Source of the DNA: an uncultured Acidobacteriota bacterium | GTDB lineage: Bacteria; Acidobacteriota; UBA6911; CAINFC01 | Length of the DNA stretch: 64,000 nucleotides | Assembly (NCBI GenBank): GCA_964617125.1 | Contig: CAZTVS010000001.1 | Coordinates: forward strand, 14,296 to 78,295 | Direction: 5' to 3' | In this document: positions 21,335 through 31,744 of the stretch, in pieces | Layout of the letters: each line of letters begins with the position of its first letter | Numbering within the stretch: position 1 is the first letter of the stretch | Notes under the pieces: model-generated | Database searches by the model: none | Seen by the model: the letters and a program-made list of their open reading frames with translations, nothing else | What the model was told of the DNA's origin: nothing | Translations under genes and position numbers: made by a program

Positions 21335-23652
21335 TAGGAGCGATTTTCCTGATGAAAAAGAAACGGCCCTTCCGATTCTCTTTTTTCTTCCTTGTCGGAT
21401 AACTTCCAGTCCGACTCTGTGTCGGTGCCAGAAGAGATGCCGACTGCCTTATAAGCCGATTCCAATTCCCGCCGCAATGCCATTACCCTGCTGTTCTCTA
21501 AATCGGGTATATTCAGGGCTTTCTCCAGGTAATAGATCGACTGTTCCGGGTGACCTGCATTCATGGCACAAAAACTCAGGGAGGTGCAACAATCCAGGTA
21601 TTTCGGGTTGGTTATGTCGTCATGGATCAGTTCAAAGGCCTGGAGAAAGTCTTCCATGGCTTGGGAAAACATGCCTATTTCTTTGTAGGCCAATCCTTTG
21701 GCATAGAGCTCGTCGATGAGCTTCAGGTCCGTCGGCTCCGAATTCGATAATCCGGCAAAGAAATCATCCACGGTTCGGAAAATTTCCTCTTCACTGATGA
21801 TTTCCACCGGATTTTCTTGTGAGGCCGATTTATCGGAAATCCTGCCTTGCGAAAATTCAGCGGCAGGAGTAACCAACGGGACCGGCGAACCGGCGGGGAG
21901 AGGGCTGTTTTCCATGGAAGCGGATGCGAGCCCGAAATCGAAAGAAAGAAGCTTGGAATCAGCGCTTGGCTCTTCGTCGTCTATGATTTCCAGGGTGAAT
22001 TCCTGATCGCTGGAAGAGTCTATCTTCGGTTCCGGCTCCAGCAGAAAGGAGGAAAACGGGGAAAGTGTCTCCGGTTTCCCGCTCTCTTCTTCAACGTCGG
22101 CTGACGGGAACGGCGAAGATAATTCCGATGGGATGGTCGATGACGGTTCGGTGGAAAAAAGTCCGGAAACGGGAATCGATTCCGCGACAGGCTCTTCCAG
22201 AAGGAAGGAACTTAAGCAGGACTCCTTCTCTTCGGGAACGGTCTCCAGGTCAATATTTTCCGGAACGATTTGCGGAATGGGTCCCGGTTTCTCTGGATGG
22301 GTGGAGGCAGAAATCATGGCAGATGCGGAAGGAACACCTCCTGCCATAGGAACGGCTGAATACTCGCCGCTTGCCGTCGTCAGATGAGATTCTTCCTCTT
22401 CCTCCCCATCCCCGCCGGAAGTACGAATCTTAGGCGGTTCGTATTCTTTATCCGGAAAAAGTTCTTTAAACAGGTGTTCATGCAAATTCCAGTATTCCGA
22501 TGGTAGAGGATCGATCTGCAGAAGGTTTTCCACCGTGGCCAAGGCTTCTGTTTTCGAGTGTTTCGAAAGGTAAAGATCCAGTGCCTGCCGGTAGAAGCTC
22601 AGACTCTTCTCCGTGTCTCCCTCTGCATGATAAAGGCCGGCAAAGATAAATTTTACATCGGGATGATTGGGAGATTGAGCATCCAGATCTTGGATCAAGC
22701 GAAGTCCGGCTGTCGTCAGATTCCTGCGGATTAGGGCAGGAAGCGCTTCTTTAAAACCGGAGATGGCCGATTCAGGCTTCTTTTTTTCGATCAGCTTTTC
22801 GAGATAGATCAGCATGTCTTTGGCATACAGATCTTCATTCTTATGGGACAGGAAGTGAAAAGCCTCGCGTGCCTCTTCGAAATTGTCCGCCTGCAGAGCG
22901 GCAAACCCCCAGGCTTCTTTCAGGGTATTTTTCAAAAAGTGATCGTCTTTGATCTTATTGGAAAAAAGCGCCTTGGAAAGTATTTCCTGGGCCTCCGCCA
23001 GTTCATGGGTCGTGGTTGCGGATTGAATCAATCCTAGAATGGCGTTGGCGTGTCCGGGATTAGAGCTGAGAATCAAAGAATATAATGGGTGAGCCTGTCT
23101 TTTATGCCCTCGTTGAAGAAAAATATCGGCAGCATCCAGAAGATATGTTTCGGCATTATCTTTTTTATCCCGATCATGAAGAATTTTCCCCATCTCCGCC
23201 AGACTGTAGGGATTGTGCGGATCCAGGCGAATGCATTTTTGCAGCATGTTTACGGCATTCTCCAGGTCCCCGGATTTCTGGTATTTCTGGGCCAGATCCT
23301 GGTATTGGCGTAAGGCGTCCGATTTCTGACCCTCTTCGTCGCACAAATTGGCCAGCATGAGTGCAAGGTCAAAGTTGGACGGTTCCAGCTGGATGATTTT
23401 CCTATAAATGGCGATCGCTTTAGGCAGGTAATTGAAATTACGATAATATTCCGCTACCCGGGTATAGTAGCGGACGGCTTCTTTAGGCTGACTGAGCCGC
23501 GTATAGAGATCGCCGATCACGCTCAGCGTGTTCGGATCGTCGGGGGTTTCTTGGATTACCTTGAGATATTGAGCGATGGCTTGTTCAAAGCGGCCTTGCA
23601 GGGCATATTTTTCTGCAGCCCGAAGAAATTTATTTTTATTTTTAAAAAACAT
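21334..23652 (-). CDS. Large tetratricopeptide-repeat protein with acidic Pro/Ser/Glu linker
   Basis: N-terminal TPR array (AI..Y.K.....P), low-complexity middle, C-terminal TPRs (Y.KGLAYKEIGM). Confidence 0.8.
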   Translation of the reverse strand: MFFKNKNKFLRAAEKYALQGRFEQAIAQYLKVIQETPDDPNTLSVIGDLYTRLSQPKEAVRYYTRVAEYYRNFNYLPKAIAIYRKIIQLEPSNFDLALMLANLCDEEGQKSDALRQYQDLAQKYQKSGDLENAVNMLQKCIRLDPHNPYSLAEMGKILHDRDKKDNAETYLLDAADIFLQRGHKRQAHPLYSLILSSNPGHANAILGLIQSATTTHELAEAQEILSKALFSNKIKDDHFLKNTLKEAWGFAALQADNFEEAREAFHFLSHKNEDLYAKDMLIYLEKLIEKKKPESAISGFKEALPALIRRNLTTAGLRLIQDLDAQSPNHPDVKFIFAGLYHAEGDTEKSLSFYRQALDLYLSKHSKTEALATVENLLQIDPLPSEYWNLHEHLFKELFPDKEYEPPKIRTSGGDGEEEEESHLTTASGEYSAVPMAGGVPSASAMISASTHPEKPGPIPQIVPENIDLETVPEEKESCLSSFLLEEPVAESIPVSGLFSTEPSSTIPSELSSPFPSADVEEESGKPETLSPFSSFLLEPEPKIDSSSDQEFTLEIIDDEEPSADSKLLSFDFGLASASMENSPLPAGSPVPLVTPAAEFSQGRISDKSASQENPVEIISEEEIFRTVDDFFAGLSNSEPTDLKLIDELYAKGLAYKEIGMFSQAMEDFLQAFELIHDDITNPKYLDCCTSLSFCAMNAGHPEQSIYYLEKALNIPDLENSRVMALRRELESAYKAVGISSGTDTESDWKLSDKEEKRESEGPFLFHQENRS

Positions 23653-23775
23653 TTCGGTACGCCTTGTTCGTCTCTCGGCTACATCCTAATTTACCCCATA
23701 GCCATCCGCTTAGGCAAGCAGAGAGAAAACCGACGATGCTCATTACCGGGTAGAGAAATCAAAAAAGGACTGATA

Positions 23776-23817
23776 AAGGAAAGGGCGGAAAAACTTTAAT
23801 TTTTCCGCCCTTTCCTT
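23776..23817 (-). terminator. Intrinsic terminator after rplS
   Basis: 18-bp perfect stem AAGGAAAGGGCGGAAAAA / TTTTTCCGCCCTTTCCTT with 6-nt loop. Confidence 0.75.
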
Positions 23818-23835
23818 AAAAACTTCAAGGAATCA

Positions 23836-24222
23836 TTAAACAGTGCTTTTTGACTCGGTGGAGACTGCGGCCGTCTCGGTCTGACGTACTTCTTTCAAAC
23901 GGGCCGCTTTGCCGCGGCGCTGCCTGAGAAAGTAAAGTTTTGCGCGGCGGACTTTTCCGCTCTTCATGACCTCGATGGTTTCGATGATATTGGAATGGAT
24001 GGGGAAAATCCTTTCCACACCGCAGCCGAAGGAAATTTTCCGAACAGTGAAGGTGGAGTGGGATCCATTGCGGCGAATGGCTATCACTACGCCTTCGAAT
24101 ACCTGTATACGATATTTTTCCCCTTCCTTGATTTTTACATGTACCCGGACAGTATCTCCCTGACGGAAATCGGGTAAATTGGTTTTACAAAACTGTTTTT
24201 CCAGGTAACTGATTGCATCCAT
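23836..24222 (-). CDS. rplS: 50S ribosomal protein L19
   Basis: [37 protein letters not shown]. Confidence 0.98.
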   Translation of the reverse strand: MDAISYLEKQFCKTNLPDFRQGDTVRVHVKIKEGEKYRIQVFEGVVIAIRRNGSHSTFTVRKISFGCGVERIFPIHSNIIETIEVMKSGKVRRAKLYFLRQRRGKAARLKEVRQTETAAVSTESKSTV

Positions 24223-24302
24223 ACTATTTATCCTTGCTGAGTAGTACCGGCCGTTTTATCGGCGGTACGAAAATTGATATTGATCCGATTGATACGAAAA
24301 AT

Positions 24303-24992
24303 TTATGATCGCCCGGGAAGCAACTCCGGTCTCATCTCACGTGTTTTCTCCTTGGCTTTTTCTTTCCGCCATTCTTGAATTTTCCTATGATCTCCGCTAA
24401 GCAGAACGTCCGGCACCCTCCAGTCGCGATACCCGGCAGGCCGCGTATATTGCGGATATCCGAGGATTCCTTCCGAAAAGGAATCGGTCGATGGCGATTC
24501 GGAATTTCCCAATACTCCCGGGAGCAACCGTATGACCGCATCGGCGATAACCAGGGCGGCCGGTTCTCCACCGCTCAGGACAAAATCACCTATTCCTACC
24601 TCCTCATTACACATGTATCGGGCAACCCGTTCGTCCACCCCTTCATACCGCCCGCAGATCATGGTCAGTGAATCATATCCGGCCCAACGCTCGGCGTCCC
24701 TCTGGGTGAATACCCTGCCTTGAGCCGAAAGCAGTACGACATGGTTCTTTCTATCCTGTTCCTGCTTGCGAATCAGCTCCAGGGCCCGATCGATCGGTTC
24801 CGGTTTGAGCACCATGCCCGCACCGCCACCGAAAGGCCGGTCGTCCACGCTGCGATGTGCGTCGTCGGTAAAGTCCCTGAGATGGACGATATGAACGTCA
24901 ATCAGGTTCTTTTTGGCTGCCCTGCCGACGACGCCATACTGAAATACAGTTCCAAAGAAATCAGGCAGTACAGTTAAAAAATAAAATCTCAC
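24303..24992 (-). CDS. trmD: tRNA (guanine37-N1)-methyltransferase
   Basis: VDDRPFGGGAGM, CGRYEGVDER, IGDFVLSGGE, PQYTRP. Confidence 0.98.
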   Translation of the reverse strand: MRFYFLTVLPDFFGTVFQYGVVGRAAKKNLIDVHIVHLRDFTDDAHRSVDDRPFGGGAGMVLKPEPIDRALELIRKQEQDRKNHVVLLSAQGRVFTQRDAERWAGYDSLTMICGRYEGVDERVARYMCNEEVGIGDFVLSGGEPAALVIADAVIRLLPGVLGNSESPSTDSFSEGILGYPQYTRPAGYRDWRVPDVLLSGDHRKIQEWRKEKAKEKTREMRPELLPGRS

Positions 24993-25009
24993 GGTCTACA
25001 TTCATAACC

Positions 25010-25552
25010 CTAAGGGTTAAGATGTCTGAGTTCTTCCGGGACATCGAGGATGATCCGTTGCTGCCTTACATCGACCTTTTTTACGAAATCTTTGGAGAAG
25101 GGAACCCAAAACTCCTCACCTCCCGTACTTTGTACAACCAGGAGCTGATTGCCTCCAAAATCATCGATGCGCAGAATTCTTCCGAGGGAGTCACCCTCCA
25201 TGTTAACCGCCTGGCACTCCGTTAATTGGAAGTGAAAGTACTGTCCTTCATCCAGAGGGATTAGACCGTCTTCGGCGACCACCAGCAGGCCGCCTACCAG
25301 TTTCTCGGCATCGGAAATCGTACTGACGCCGGAGAATTTAAAAACGATTCCCTCTTTGTGATTTCGAATCTTTTCAATGAGAAAATTCTCAACCCGGTTG
25401 CCGGATAGGAGTATGGATATCGAGGCGAGTCCGGTAAATCGATCAGGAAAATCGGTCTGAATTTCCCCGAACAGCTCCCCCTGATTTCCCTGTGTGTGAG
25501 AAAGTCTTCCGATAGCTACCCATTCCCTGGGGAGGGTACCGGAGTTCAGCAT
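25010..25552 (-). CDS. rimM: 16S rRNA processing protein RimM
   Basis: IGR....G..GE, TDFPDRF, PRC-barrel; position in the rpsP-trmD operon. Confidence 0.92.
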   Translation of the reverse strand: MLNSGTLPREWVAIGRLSHTQGNQGELFGEIQTDFPDRFTGLASISILLSGNRVENFLIEKIRNHKEGIVFKFSGVSTISDAEKLVGGLLVVAEDGLIPLDEGQYFHFQLTECQAVNMEGDSLGRILRIDDFGGNQLLVVQSTGGEEFWVPFSKDFVKKVDVRQQRIILDVPEELRHLNP

Positions 25553-25782
25553 TATTCCAGTATTTCCAAGACAAAACGCTTGCGCAGTTTCATGCCGGCT
25601 GCACCCAGTAAGGTGCGAATAGCCCGAGCCGTGCGACCCTGTTTTCCGATGATTTTCCCTAAATCGGACTGGGCCACTCGCAGTTCCAAAACAGTAGTCT
25701 GCTCGCCAATAACCTCCCTTACGTTAACCTGCTCTGGATTATCCACCAAGGCTTTAGCAATCATCTCGATAAGTTCTTTCAT
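25552..25782 (-). CDS. khpA: KH-domain RNA-binding protein KhpA
   Basis: [18 protein letters not shown] GxxG motif; between rpsP and rimM. Confidence 0.93.
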   Translation of the reverse strand: MKELIEMIAKALVDNPEQVNVREVIGEQTTVLELRVAQSDLGKIIGKQGRTARAIRTLLGAAGMKLRKRFVLEILE

Positions 25783-25865
25783 AATGCGTATCTCCTCTAC
25801 ATGTGTAGTTACACTAACTGTACGTTGGATCCGGTCGATTAAGAACGTTACTTGATGTGTTATCT

Positions 25866-26123
25866 TTAAGCTACAGCAGCAGTCTGTTTGGCGATCTTGC
25901 GAACCAGGCTGTGGACGGTATCAGTCGGTTGGGCGCCTTTGGAAAGCCAATATTGAAAACGTTCCAAGTTGACCTTCAAGAAGGAAGCACCTTCTTCCCG
26001 AGGATTGTAATGTCCGAGGATCTCAACAAAACTGCTGTCACGACGTGATCGCCTTTCAGCCACTACCATGCGATAAAAAGGTTTTTTCTTCGAACCCATT
26101 CGAGTCAATCTAATTTTTAACAT
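25866..26123 (-). CDS. rpsP: 30S ribosomal protein S16
   Basis: [18 protein letters not shown]..., [12 protein letters not shown]. Confidence 0.98.
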   Translation of the reverse strand: MLKIRLTRMGSKKKPFYRMVVAERRSRRDSSFVEILGHYNPREEGASFLKVNLERFQYWLSKGAQPTDTVHSLVRKIAKQTAAVA

Positions 26124-26274
26124 CCTACTCCTTACTTTCTCTCCATTTCATTAAGTTCACGGGAAAAGAGTCAATTATTACATAAAAGCGAATATTTGAC
26201 AATAGTTAGGAACAGATTTGCCTCCGCACAAGATTAGGAGCAAAGGCTTGATGGCTTTCATCCCGCCGATGGCT

Positions 26275-27651
26275 TTATCCGAAAAACGGTCTTCCTCCCG
26301 GGCCGGGAAAAAAATCCGACTTCTTTTTCATCTTTTTCAGCATGGTTCGTCCCATAAAGCTGTTGCTCATGCTTTTCAGCATTTTTTTCATGTCCACATA
26401 TTGTTTGAGTAAACGATTAACTTCCTGGACCGGCCGGCCAGAACCCAGAGAAATTCTCTTGCGGCGATGTCCGTTGATGATCTGGTGATTGGATCTCTCC
26501 GTCGGGGTCATGGAATTGATAATGGCCTCGATATGCAGAAGCTCCTTTTCATCGATCTGCAGTTTGTTAAGGCCCTTGAGCGGACCTATTCCGGGAAGCA
26601 TTCCCAGCAGCTGTTCCATGGGGCCCATTTTGCGCAGTTGCCGGAGTTGGTCGCGGAAATCCTCCAGGTCGAATTCGTTGCGACGGATCCGTTCGGCCAT
26701 TTCGGCGGCCTTGTCTTCTTCTATGGTTTGTTCTGCCTTTTCGATCAGGGAGAGGACATCGCCCATTCCGAGAATACGGCCGGCCAGTCGGTCGGGATAG
26801 AAAGGTTCCAGGGCATCGAGTTTTTCCCCGATTCCGGCGAATTTGATCGGCTGTCCCACGACATGCCGTAAAGACAAAGCCGCTCCTCCACGGGCATCAC
26901 CGTCCAGTTTGGTCAGAATTACACCGCTAAGGCCCAGCCGGTTGTGGAATTCCGAGGCGCTTTTCACCACGTCTTGACCGGTCATCGAGTCTGCCACCAG
27001 CAGGGTTTCTACCGGCTGGGTCAGATCTTTGATCTTTTGCAGTTCCTGCATCAGTTCTTCATGGATATGCAGCCGTCCGGCCGTGTCGAGAATTAGAACA
27101 TCATATCCCTTGTTCCGGGCGTGATTCAGGGCGTTGCCGGCCAGAACCAGGGGGTCCATAATCTCCGGTTCTTCATGTACAGGCAGGGATAGGGAATGGG
27201 CAATGACGCTGAGCTGTTCTCTGGCGGCCGGACGATAGACATCCAACGAAACCAGAAGAGGATGGTGCCCTTCCTGGGAAAGATGACGGGCCAATTTTCC
27301 CGAAGTAGTTGTTTTTCCGGAGCCCTGCAGACCCACCATTAAAAGAACGCTTGGCGGTTGCTTGGAGAAAGTGAGAGAGGCTTGTCCGCCTCCGAGTACT
27401 TCGATGAGCTCTTCGTGGACGATTTTGACCACTTGCTGTCCGGGGGAGAGACTCATCATGACGTCCTGCCCCATGGATTTCTCGCGGACTCTTTCAATAA
27501 AACTCTTGACTACTTTAAAATGGACGTCCGCTTCCAGCAGGGCCAGTCTGACCTCCTTCATTGCTTCGTCGATGTGACGGGGAGTCAGATGCCCTTCGCC
27601 CTTTAAATCCTTTAAAATCTTTTGAAAACGTTTTGATAAATTTTCAAACAT
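26275..27651 (-). CDS. ffh: Signal recognition particle protein
   Basis: MFENLS start; ALLEADV, GLQGSGKTT, DTAGR, TKLDGDARGG, M-domain. Confidence 0.98.
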   Translation of the reverse strand: MFENLSKRFQKILKDLKGEGHLTPRHIDEAMKEVRLALLEADVHFKVVKSFIERVREKSMGQDVMMSLSPGQQVVKIVHEELIEVLGGGQASLTFSKQPPSVLLMVGLQGSGKTTTSGKLARHLSQEGHHPLLVSLDVYRPAAREQLSVIAHSLSLPVHEEPEIMDPLVLAGNALNHARNKGYDVLILDTAGRLHIHEELMQELQKIKDLTQPVETLLVADSMTGQDVVKSASEFHNRLGLSGVILTKLDGDARGGAALSLRHVVGQPIKFAGIGEKLDALEPFYPDRLAGRILGMGDVLSLIEKAEQTIEEDKAAEMAERIRRNEFDLEDFRDQLRQLRKMGPMEQLLGMLPGIGPLKGLNKLQIDEKELLHIEAIINSMTPTERSNHQIINGHRRKRISLGSGRPVQEVNRLLKQYVDMKKMLKSMSNSFMGRTMLKKMKKKSDFFPGPGGRPFFG

Positions 27652-27938
27652 AAAACGCCTAACCAAATGGGTACGGATACCAAACGATTGAAACCGTCAG
27701 GAAACCCCTGACTGTGTCCTGCCACGGAGTCGAGAAGCCCCCATATGGGACGAGACAATTTATTACAGACTGGGCTTACGGTCAAGGGTAGTTTCCTTTG
27801 CATTATGCGAATTGCAGGTCCTCATTCGTGACATGTACACCGTAAGCCAGGGTTTTCTTGGAGATTTTTTCCCTTGAATCCGGTCATTCTTATTTTTTTC
27901 TGTATGGAAAAAAAAGGATACAGGTTAAAATTTCCCCA

Positions 27939-29672
27939 ATGGCTATTCAGAAAGTTGGAAGATACGAAATTCTACGCGAACTGGGTCGAGGCGGGCAAAG
28001 CGTTGCTTATCTGGCCAGGGATCCGGTGATCGGTCGTTTGACGGCCATCAAGCTCATGCAGCCTCTGTTGGGTTATTCGCCGGCGCAAAAGAAGGAATAC
28101 TGGGAGAGGTTTTTACGGGAAGCACAGGCTGCCGGTCGGTTAATGCATGGCAACATTGCCGTCATCTACGATGTCGGGGAGGCAGATGGCTCTCCCTTTA
28201 TAGCCATGGAATACATTGAAGGTGAAACACTGGCCGTCCTGCTAAAAAAGCAGTTTCCCATCCATTTCAGCCGCGTAATAGGATTGATCCGTCAGGTCCT
28301 GAATGGACTGCAGTATGCCCATGAAAACGGAATCATCCACCGAGACATCAAACCGGGAAACATTATGGTAACCCGCAAGGATGTCGTCAAATTGGTGGAT
28401 TTCGGCATCGCCAAGGTAGACTCGACGCAAATCACCTCTCCAGGCCATGTTTTGGGAACTCCGAGCTATATGTCTCCGGAACAGATCACGGGAGAAAAAG
28501 TCGATCGCCGGACCGATATCTTCTCTGTAGGAGTGGTACTTTACCAATGCCTGGCCGGTCGTCTCCCTTTCACAGGGGACCATGCTACGACCATCGTCTA
28601 TCGTATTGTTCACGAACCCTACGCAACCTTGGATAGCAAGGAGCTTGAATTGCCTCCGGGAATGGAGGAAATTCTGCAAAAGGCGCTGAAAAAGAAAAAA
28701 GAAGAACGATTTTCCAGCTGTGCCGAGATGGAAAAAAGTCTGGAACTCCTCCTGGAAAGGGGTCTTCTGGACGCGGATTTTTCCCTGGAAGGCTGCCGAA
28801 CCGTATCCCTTGACAATATTTCGGCCATCGCCAACAAGCCTTTGTCACCGACCGGCGGATCGGGCGATGGTACAAAAAAGAAATCCTCTGAGAAAGCAGG
28901 TCGAACGGAGGATTCAAGCGGATTGAAAGCTGTTGCGAATCCACCGGCGGCAGGACGATCACAAAAATATTGGCTGGCGGCAAGCGGGGTCCTTTTTACG
29001 GTCCTTTTTTTGTTTGCACTTGCTTACGCCGTTTTTTACCGGGGGGACAGCTCCATGCCTTCCGCTACGCTCCTTCCCCCCACTACCCTACCGGAACTGA
29101 ATACAATCCTAACCACATCCAGTACGATGGTCGTGGAAACGAGCCTCACCGAGGCCATAACGACCACCAGCCTGTCACTCTCGGGAGGGCTGCCTGCCGG
29201 CCGGAGTTCATTGGTGAAAGCTCGTATGGCAGCCACCACGGTGTTATTACCGACCACGACGGAGCTGATAGACACCTCTACCACCAGCAGTGCCCCGGTG
29301 GTTACAACGACCATACGGGTTATCGACGATTCCAAAGCGGATGCCTCACGGAAAGAGAGTCAGCAGGCATGGAAAATACTTGTCACTCATAATCATCGCA
29401 TAGGCGGATGCCGCGGGAATCTGATCATTACCGAAGAGAGTCTGGAATATTACCCGGAGAAGGGTAATCACAACCTCAAAGTGGTAGTGACGGATATAGA
29501 GCGGCTGAACTGGCGCGAGAGTCCGAATAAATTCAGGATAAGCCTGCGTTTGAAAACCGGAAAAGAAGCCAACTATGAAGCGGAAGGGGCGGAAAACAAG
29601 GTGCTTTTAAAACAAGCCTACGATGCCCTGCGAAGATCGTTTACTGCCATCAGTACGGAGGCTACGCCTTGA
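27939..29672 (+). CDS. Hanks-type Ser/Thr protein kinase with TM helix and Thr-rich extracellular region
   Basis: LGRGG, AIK, HRDIKPGN, DFG, GTPSYMSPE, DIFSVG; TM segment WLAASGVLFTVLFLFALAYAVF. Confidence 0.93.
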   Translation: MAIQKVGRYEILRELGRGGQSVAYLARDPVIGRLTAIKLMQPLLGYSPAQKKEYWERFLREAQAAGRLMHGNIAVIYDVGEADGSPFIAMEYIEGETLAVLLKKQFPIHFSRVIGLIRQVLNGLQYAHENGIIHRDIKPGNIMVTRKDVVKLVDFGIAKVDSTQITSPGHVLGTPSYMSPEQITGEKVDRRTDIFSVGVVLYQCLAGRLPFTGDHATTIVYRIVHEPYATLDSKELELPPGMEEILQKALKKKKEERFSSCAEMEKSLELLLERGLLDADFSLEGCRTVSLDNISAIANKPLSPTGGSGDGTKKKSSEKAGRTEDSSGLKAVANPPAAGRSQKYWLAASGVLFTVLFLFALAYAVFYRGDSSMPSATLLPPTTLPELNTILTTSSTMVVETSLTEAITTTSLSLSGGLPAGRSSLVKARMAATTVLLPTTTELIDTSTTSSAPVVTTTIRVIDDSKADASRKESQQAWKILVTHNHRIGGCRGNLIITEESLEYYPEKGNHNLKVVVTDIERLNWRESPNKFRISLRLKTGKEANYEAEGAENKVLLKQAYDALRRSFTAISTEATP

Positions 29673-30120
29673 AATTGGATGCGTTCCTGATTCCGTTCCG
29701 GTCCCGGCGATGATTCCAGAGCACAAAAGCGGACAAGGCAAGGAAACCGAGGTCGCGCAGGATCGTAAGCCAGAGAGGAGTCGGATCCTCGGACTTTCCT
29801 ACCTGGAAGCAGCCACAGTCGATTTCCAGCCCACGAAGAACGGCGGAAAGCATCGCGATAATGAATACCAGCATAAAACCGGTTGTCATCAAGGAACAAG
29901 CCCGGACTTTATAACCGATGATCAGAAATAAGCCGCAGAAGAGTTCGATCCAGGGCAGAGTGGCTGCTGCGAGTAGGTTGGCCCAATAGGGCAGGACCTG
30001 ATACGCCGCGATGTTGTGGGCGAAATCCATCGCATAGGGAATCTTCAGTGCGCCGGAAACAAGGAAGATGGCCCCAAGGACCAATCGTGCCAGGAGGAAA
30101 AGATATCGTCGTACGGGCAT
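29662..30120 (-). CDS. MauE/DoxX family membrane protein
   Basis: ARLVLG.IF..SG..K, LPWIE, DCGCF, RD motifs. Confidence 0.85.
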   Translation of the reverse strand: MPVRRYLFLLARLVLGAIFLVSGALKIPYAMDFAHNIAAYQVLPYWANLLAAATLPWIELFCGLFLIIGYKVRACSLMTTGFMLVFIIAMLSAVLRGLEIDCGCFQVGKSEDPTPLWLTILRDLGFLALSAFVLWNHRRDRNGIRNASNFKA

Positions 30121-30142
30121 AGGGATCTTCTGAGGTTGTTTT

Positions 30143-30670
30143 TTATTGTCCGGCAACGGTGTTGAGTGAGCTCTCTGTTGGATATCCGGCCTGTTCCCAC
30201 TCGGGAAATCCACCATGAAATACGGCCAGCCGGGTGTAACCGTCCTCTTTCAATTTTTGTGCCAGAACATGGCTGTCTTCACAATCGTAGCCGGTACAAT
30301 AAAAGACGAAAGGAGTTTCCTTGTCGAATTTTTTCTGAAAATCGGTCCAGAACGGTTCGGCTTGGGTGTAGGGGAGGTTGATGGCCCCGGCAATATGTTT
30401 CTGGAGATAGAAAATATTTTTGCGGGCGTCCACGAAGGTGGCGGCCCCGGCATCAAATAGAGATTTTGTTTCAGCCAGGTCGATCTGCTTGAGGCCTTGC
30501 GGGATGGTAGCCGTGGTAAGCGGAAGCTGGCCAGAACCCAAAAGGAGCGACTTGTTCAACAAAGACCAGTTGTATAGGACACCGCATGAGCCTCCAACCA
30601 AAACCAACAGGAGGATGACCTGGAAGTCTCGATACAAATCCTTGGTATGCAATGGAAAGGTCATAGTCAA
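30143..30670 (-). CDS. Membrane-anchored rhodanese-like domain protein
   Basis: N-terminal TM; FVDAR, HIAGAINLP, YCTGYDC, GGFPEW. Confidence 0.88.
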   Translation of the reverse strand: MTMTFPLHTKDLYRDFQVILLLVLVGGSCGVLYNWSLLNKSLLLGSGQLPLTTATIPQGLKQIDLAETKSLFDAGAATFVDARKNIFYLQKHIAGAINLPYTQAEPFWTDFQKKFDKETPFVFYCTGYDCEDSHVLAQKLKEDGYTRLAVFHGGFPEWEQAGYPTESSLNTVAGQ

Positions 30671-30684
30671 TGGGAGACAGCGGA

Positions 30685-31581
30685 TCAGCCCAGTCGCTTA
30701 AGTGCTTCTATGCGGTCCTCCAGTGGAGGATGGGAGGCAAAAAGGGCTGCGATACCTCTACCCTGCTTGTGGTTGATTTTAAAGGCAGTGAGTGCTTTGG
30801 AGCGGTCGTCGAGTACAGTGCCCCGGGAGGTGATGCGCTGAAGCTGTTCCAAGGCATCGATCATGGAACTCTTCCCCCAGAGTTTGGCGGCATCGGCATC
30901 GGCGGCGAATTCTCGCCGTCGGGAAAAGGATAGCACGACGATGGTTGCCAGCAGGCCGAATAAAATTTGGGAAACCATGCTGCCGAGATAAAAGCCCATA
31001 CCTGTGCTTCGTTCTCCATCGCGGCTCAACATGCGGTCGATGAAAAAGCCGACGACCCGGGAGAGAAAGATAACAAAGGTATTCACAATACCCTGAATCA
31101 GAGTTAGGGTGACCATATCACCGTTGGCTACATGCGATACCTCATGAGCCAGTACTCCTTCCACCTGACGCCGGCTCATCTGCCGTAAAAGGCCGCTACT
31201 GACGGCAACGATGGCATTGCTTTTGCTCGGTCCGGTCGCGAAGGCATTGGCCTCGGCACTTTCGTAAATACCGACTTCGGGCATGGGAATTCCGGCCTGT
31301 TGTGTCTGCTGACGAACGGTCGAAACCAGCCATCCTTCTTCTTCGGTACGGGGATTGTCGATCACCTGGATTTGATAGGCATTTTTTGCCATCCATTTGG
31401 AGATCATCAGCGAGATAAAACTTCCCCCGAATCCCATGATTACGGCCAGGGCCAGCATAGGAAACAATTGGGTTTGCGACACTCCCAGCATGCGGTCGAG
31501 CCCCAGAATCCTCACCGCCAGGGTGAGTACCACAAGTACCGCAATATTCGTGATGAGAAAAAGAAAGATTCTCTTTATCAT
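30685..31581 (-). CDS. htpX: Membrane zinc protease HtpX
   Basis: MIKRIFLFLITN, NAFATG, AHEVSH, SRRREF.AD, SHPPLEDRI. Confidence 0.96.
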   Translation of the reverse strand: MIKRIFLFLITNIAVLVVLTLAVRILGLDRMLGVSQTQLFPMLALAVIMGFGGSFISLMISKWMAKNAYQIQVIDNPRTEEEGWLVSTVRQQTQQAGIPMPEVGIYESAEANAFATGPSKSNAIVAVSSGLLRQMSRRQVEGVLAHEVSHVANGDMVTLTLIQGIVNTFVIFLSRVVGFFIDRMLSRDGERSTGMGFYLGSMVSQILFGLLATIVVLSFSRRREFAADADAAKLWGKSSMIDALEQLQRITSRGTVLDDRSKALTAFKINHKQGRGIAALFASHPPLEDRIEALKRLG

Positions 31582-31744
31582 GGTAGTTCTCCATCCTTGT
31601 AGCCGAATGTTCCTATCTCCAAACAATACGGCATTTTATTTCGTCGAAAGAATTATACCCCGTTTCTTTGACATCCTATCCCTTACACGCCCATTCCAGC
31701 TGTCGTGTTCCTTGCTTTTACAGATCGGATTGCGGCCGGCGATG

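Noticed and set aside
27666-27860. Possible SRP RNA (ffs) upstream of ffh; small GTCAGG..CCTGAC hairpin
   Set aside because: The conserved SRP domain IV motif (CAGG-CCGGAAGG-AGCAGC) is not present
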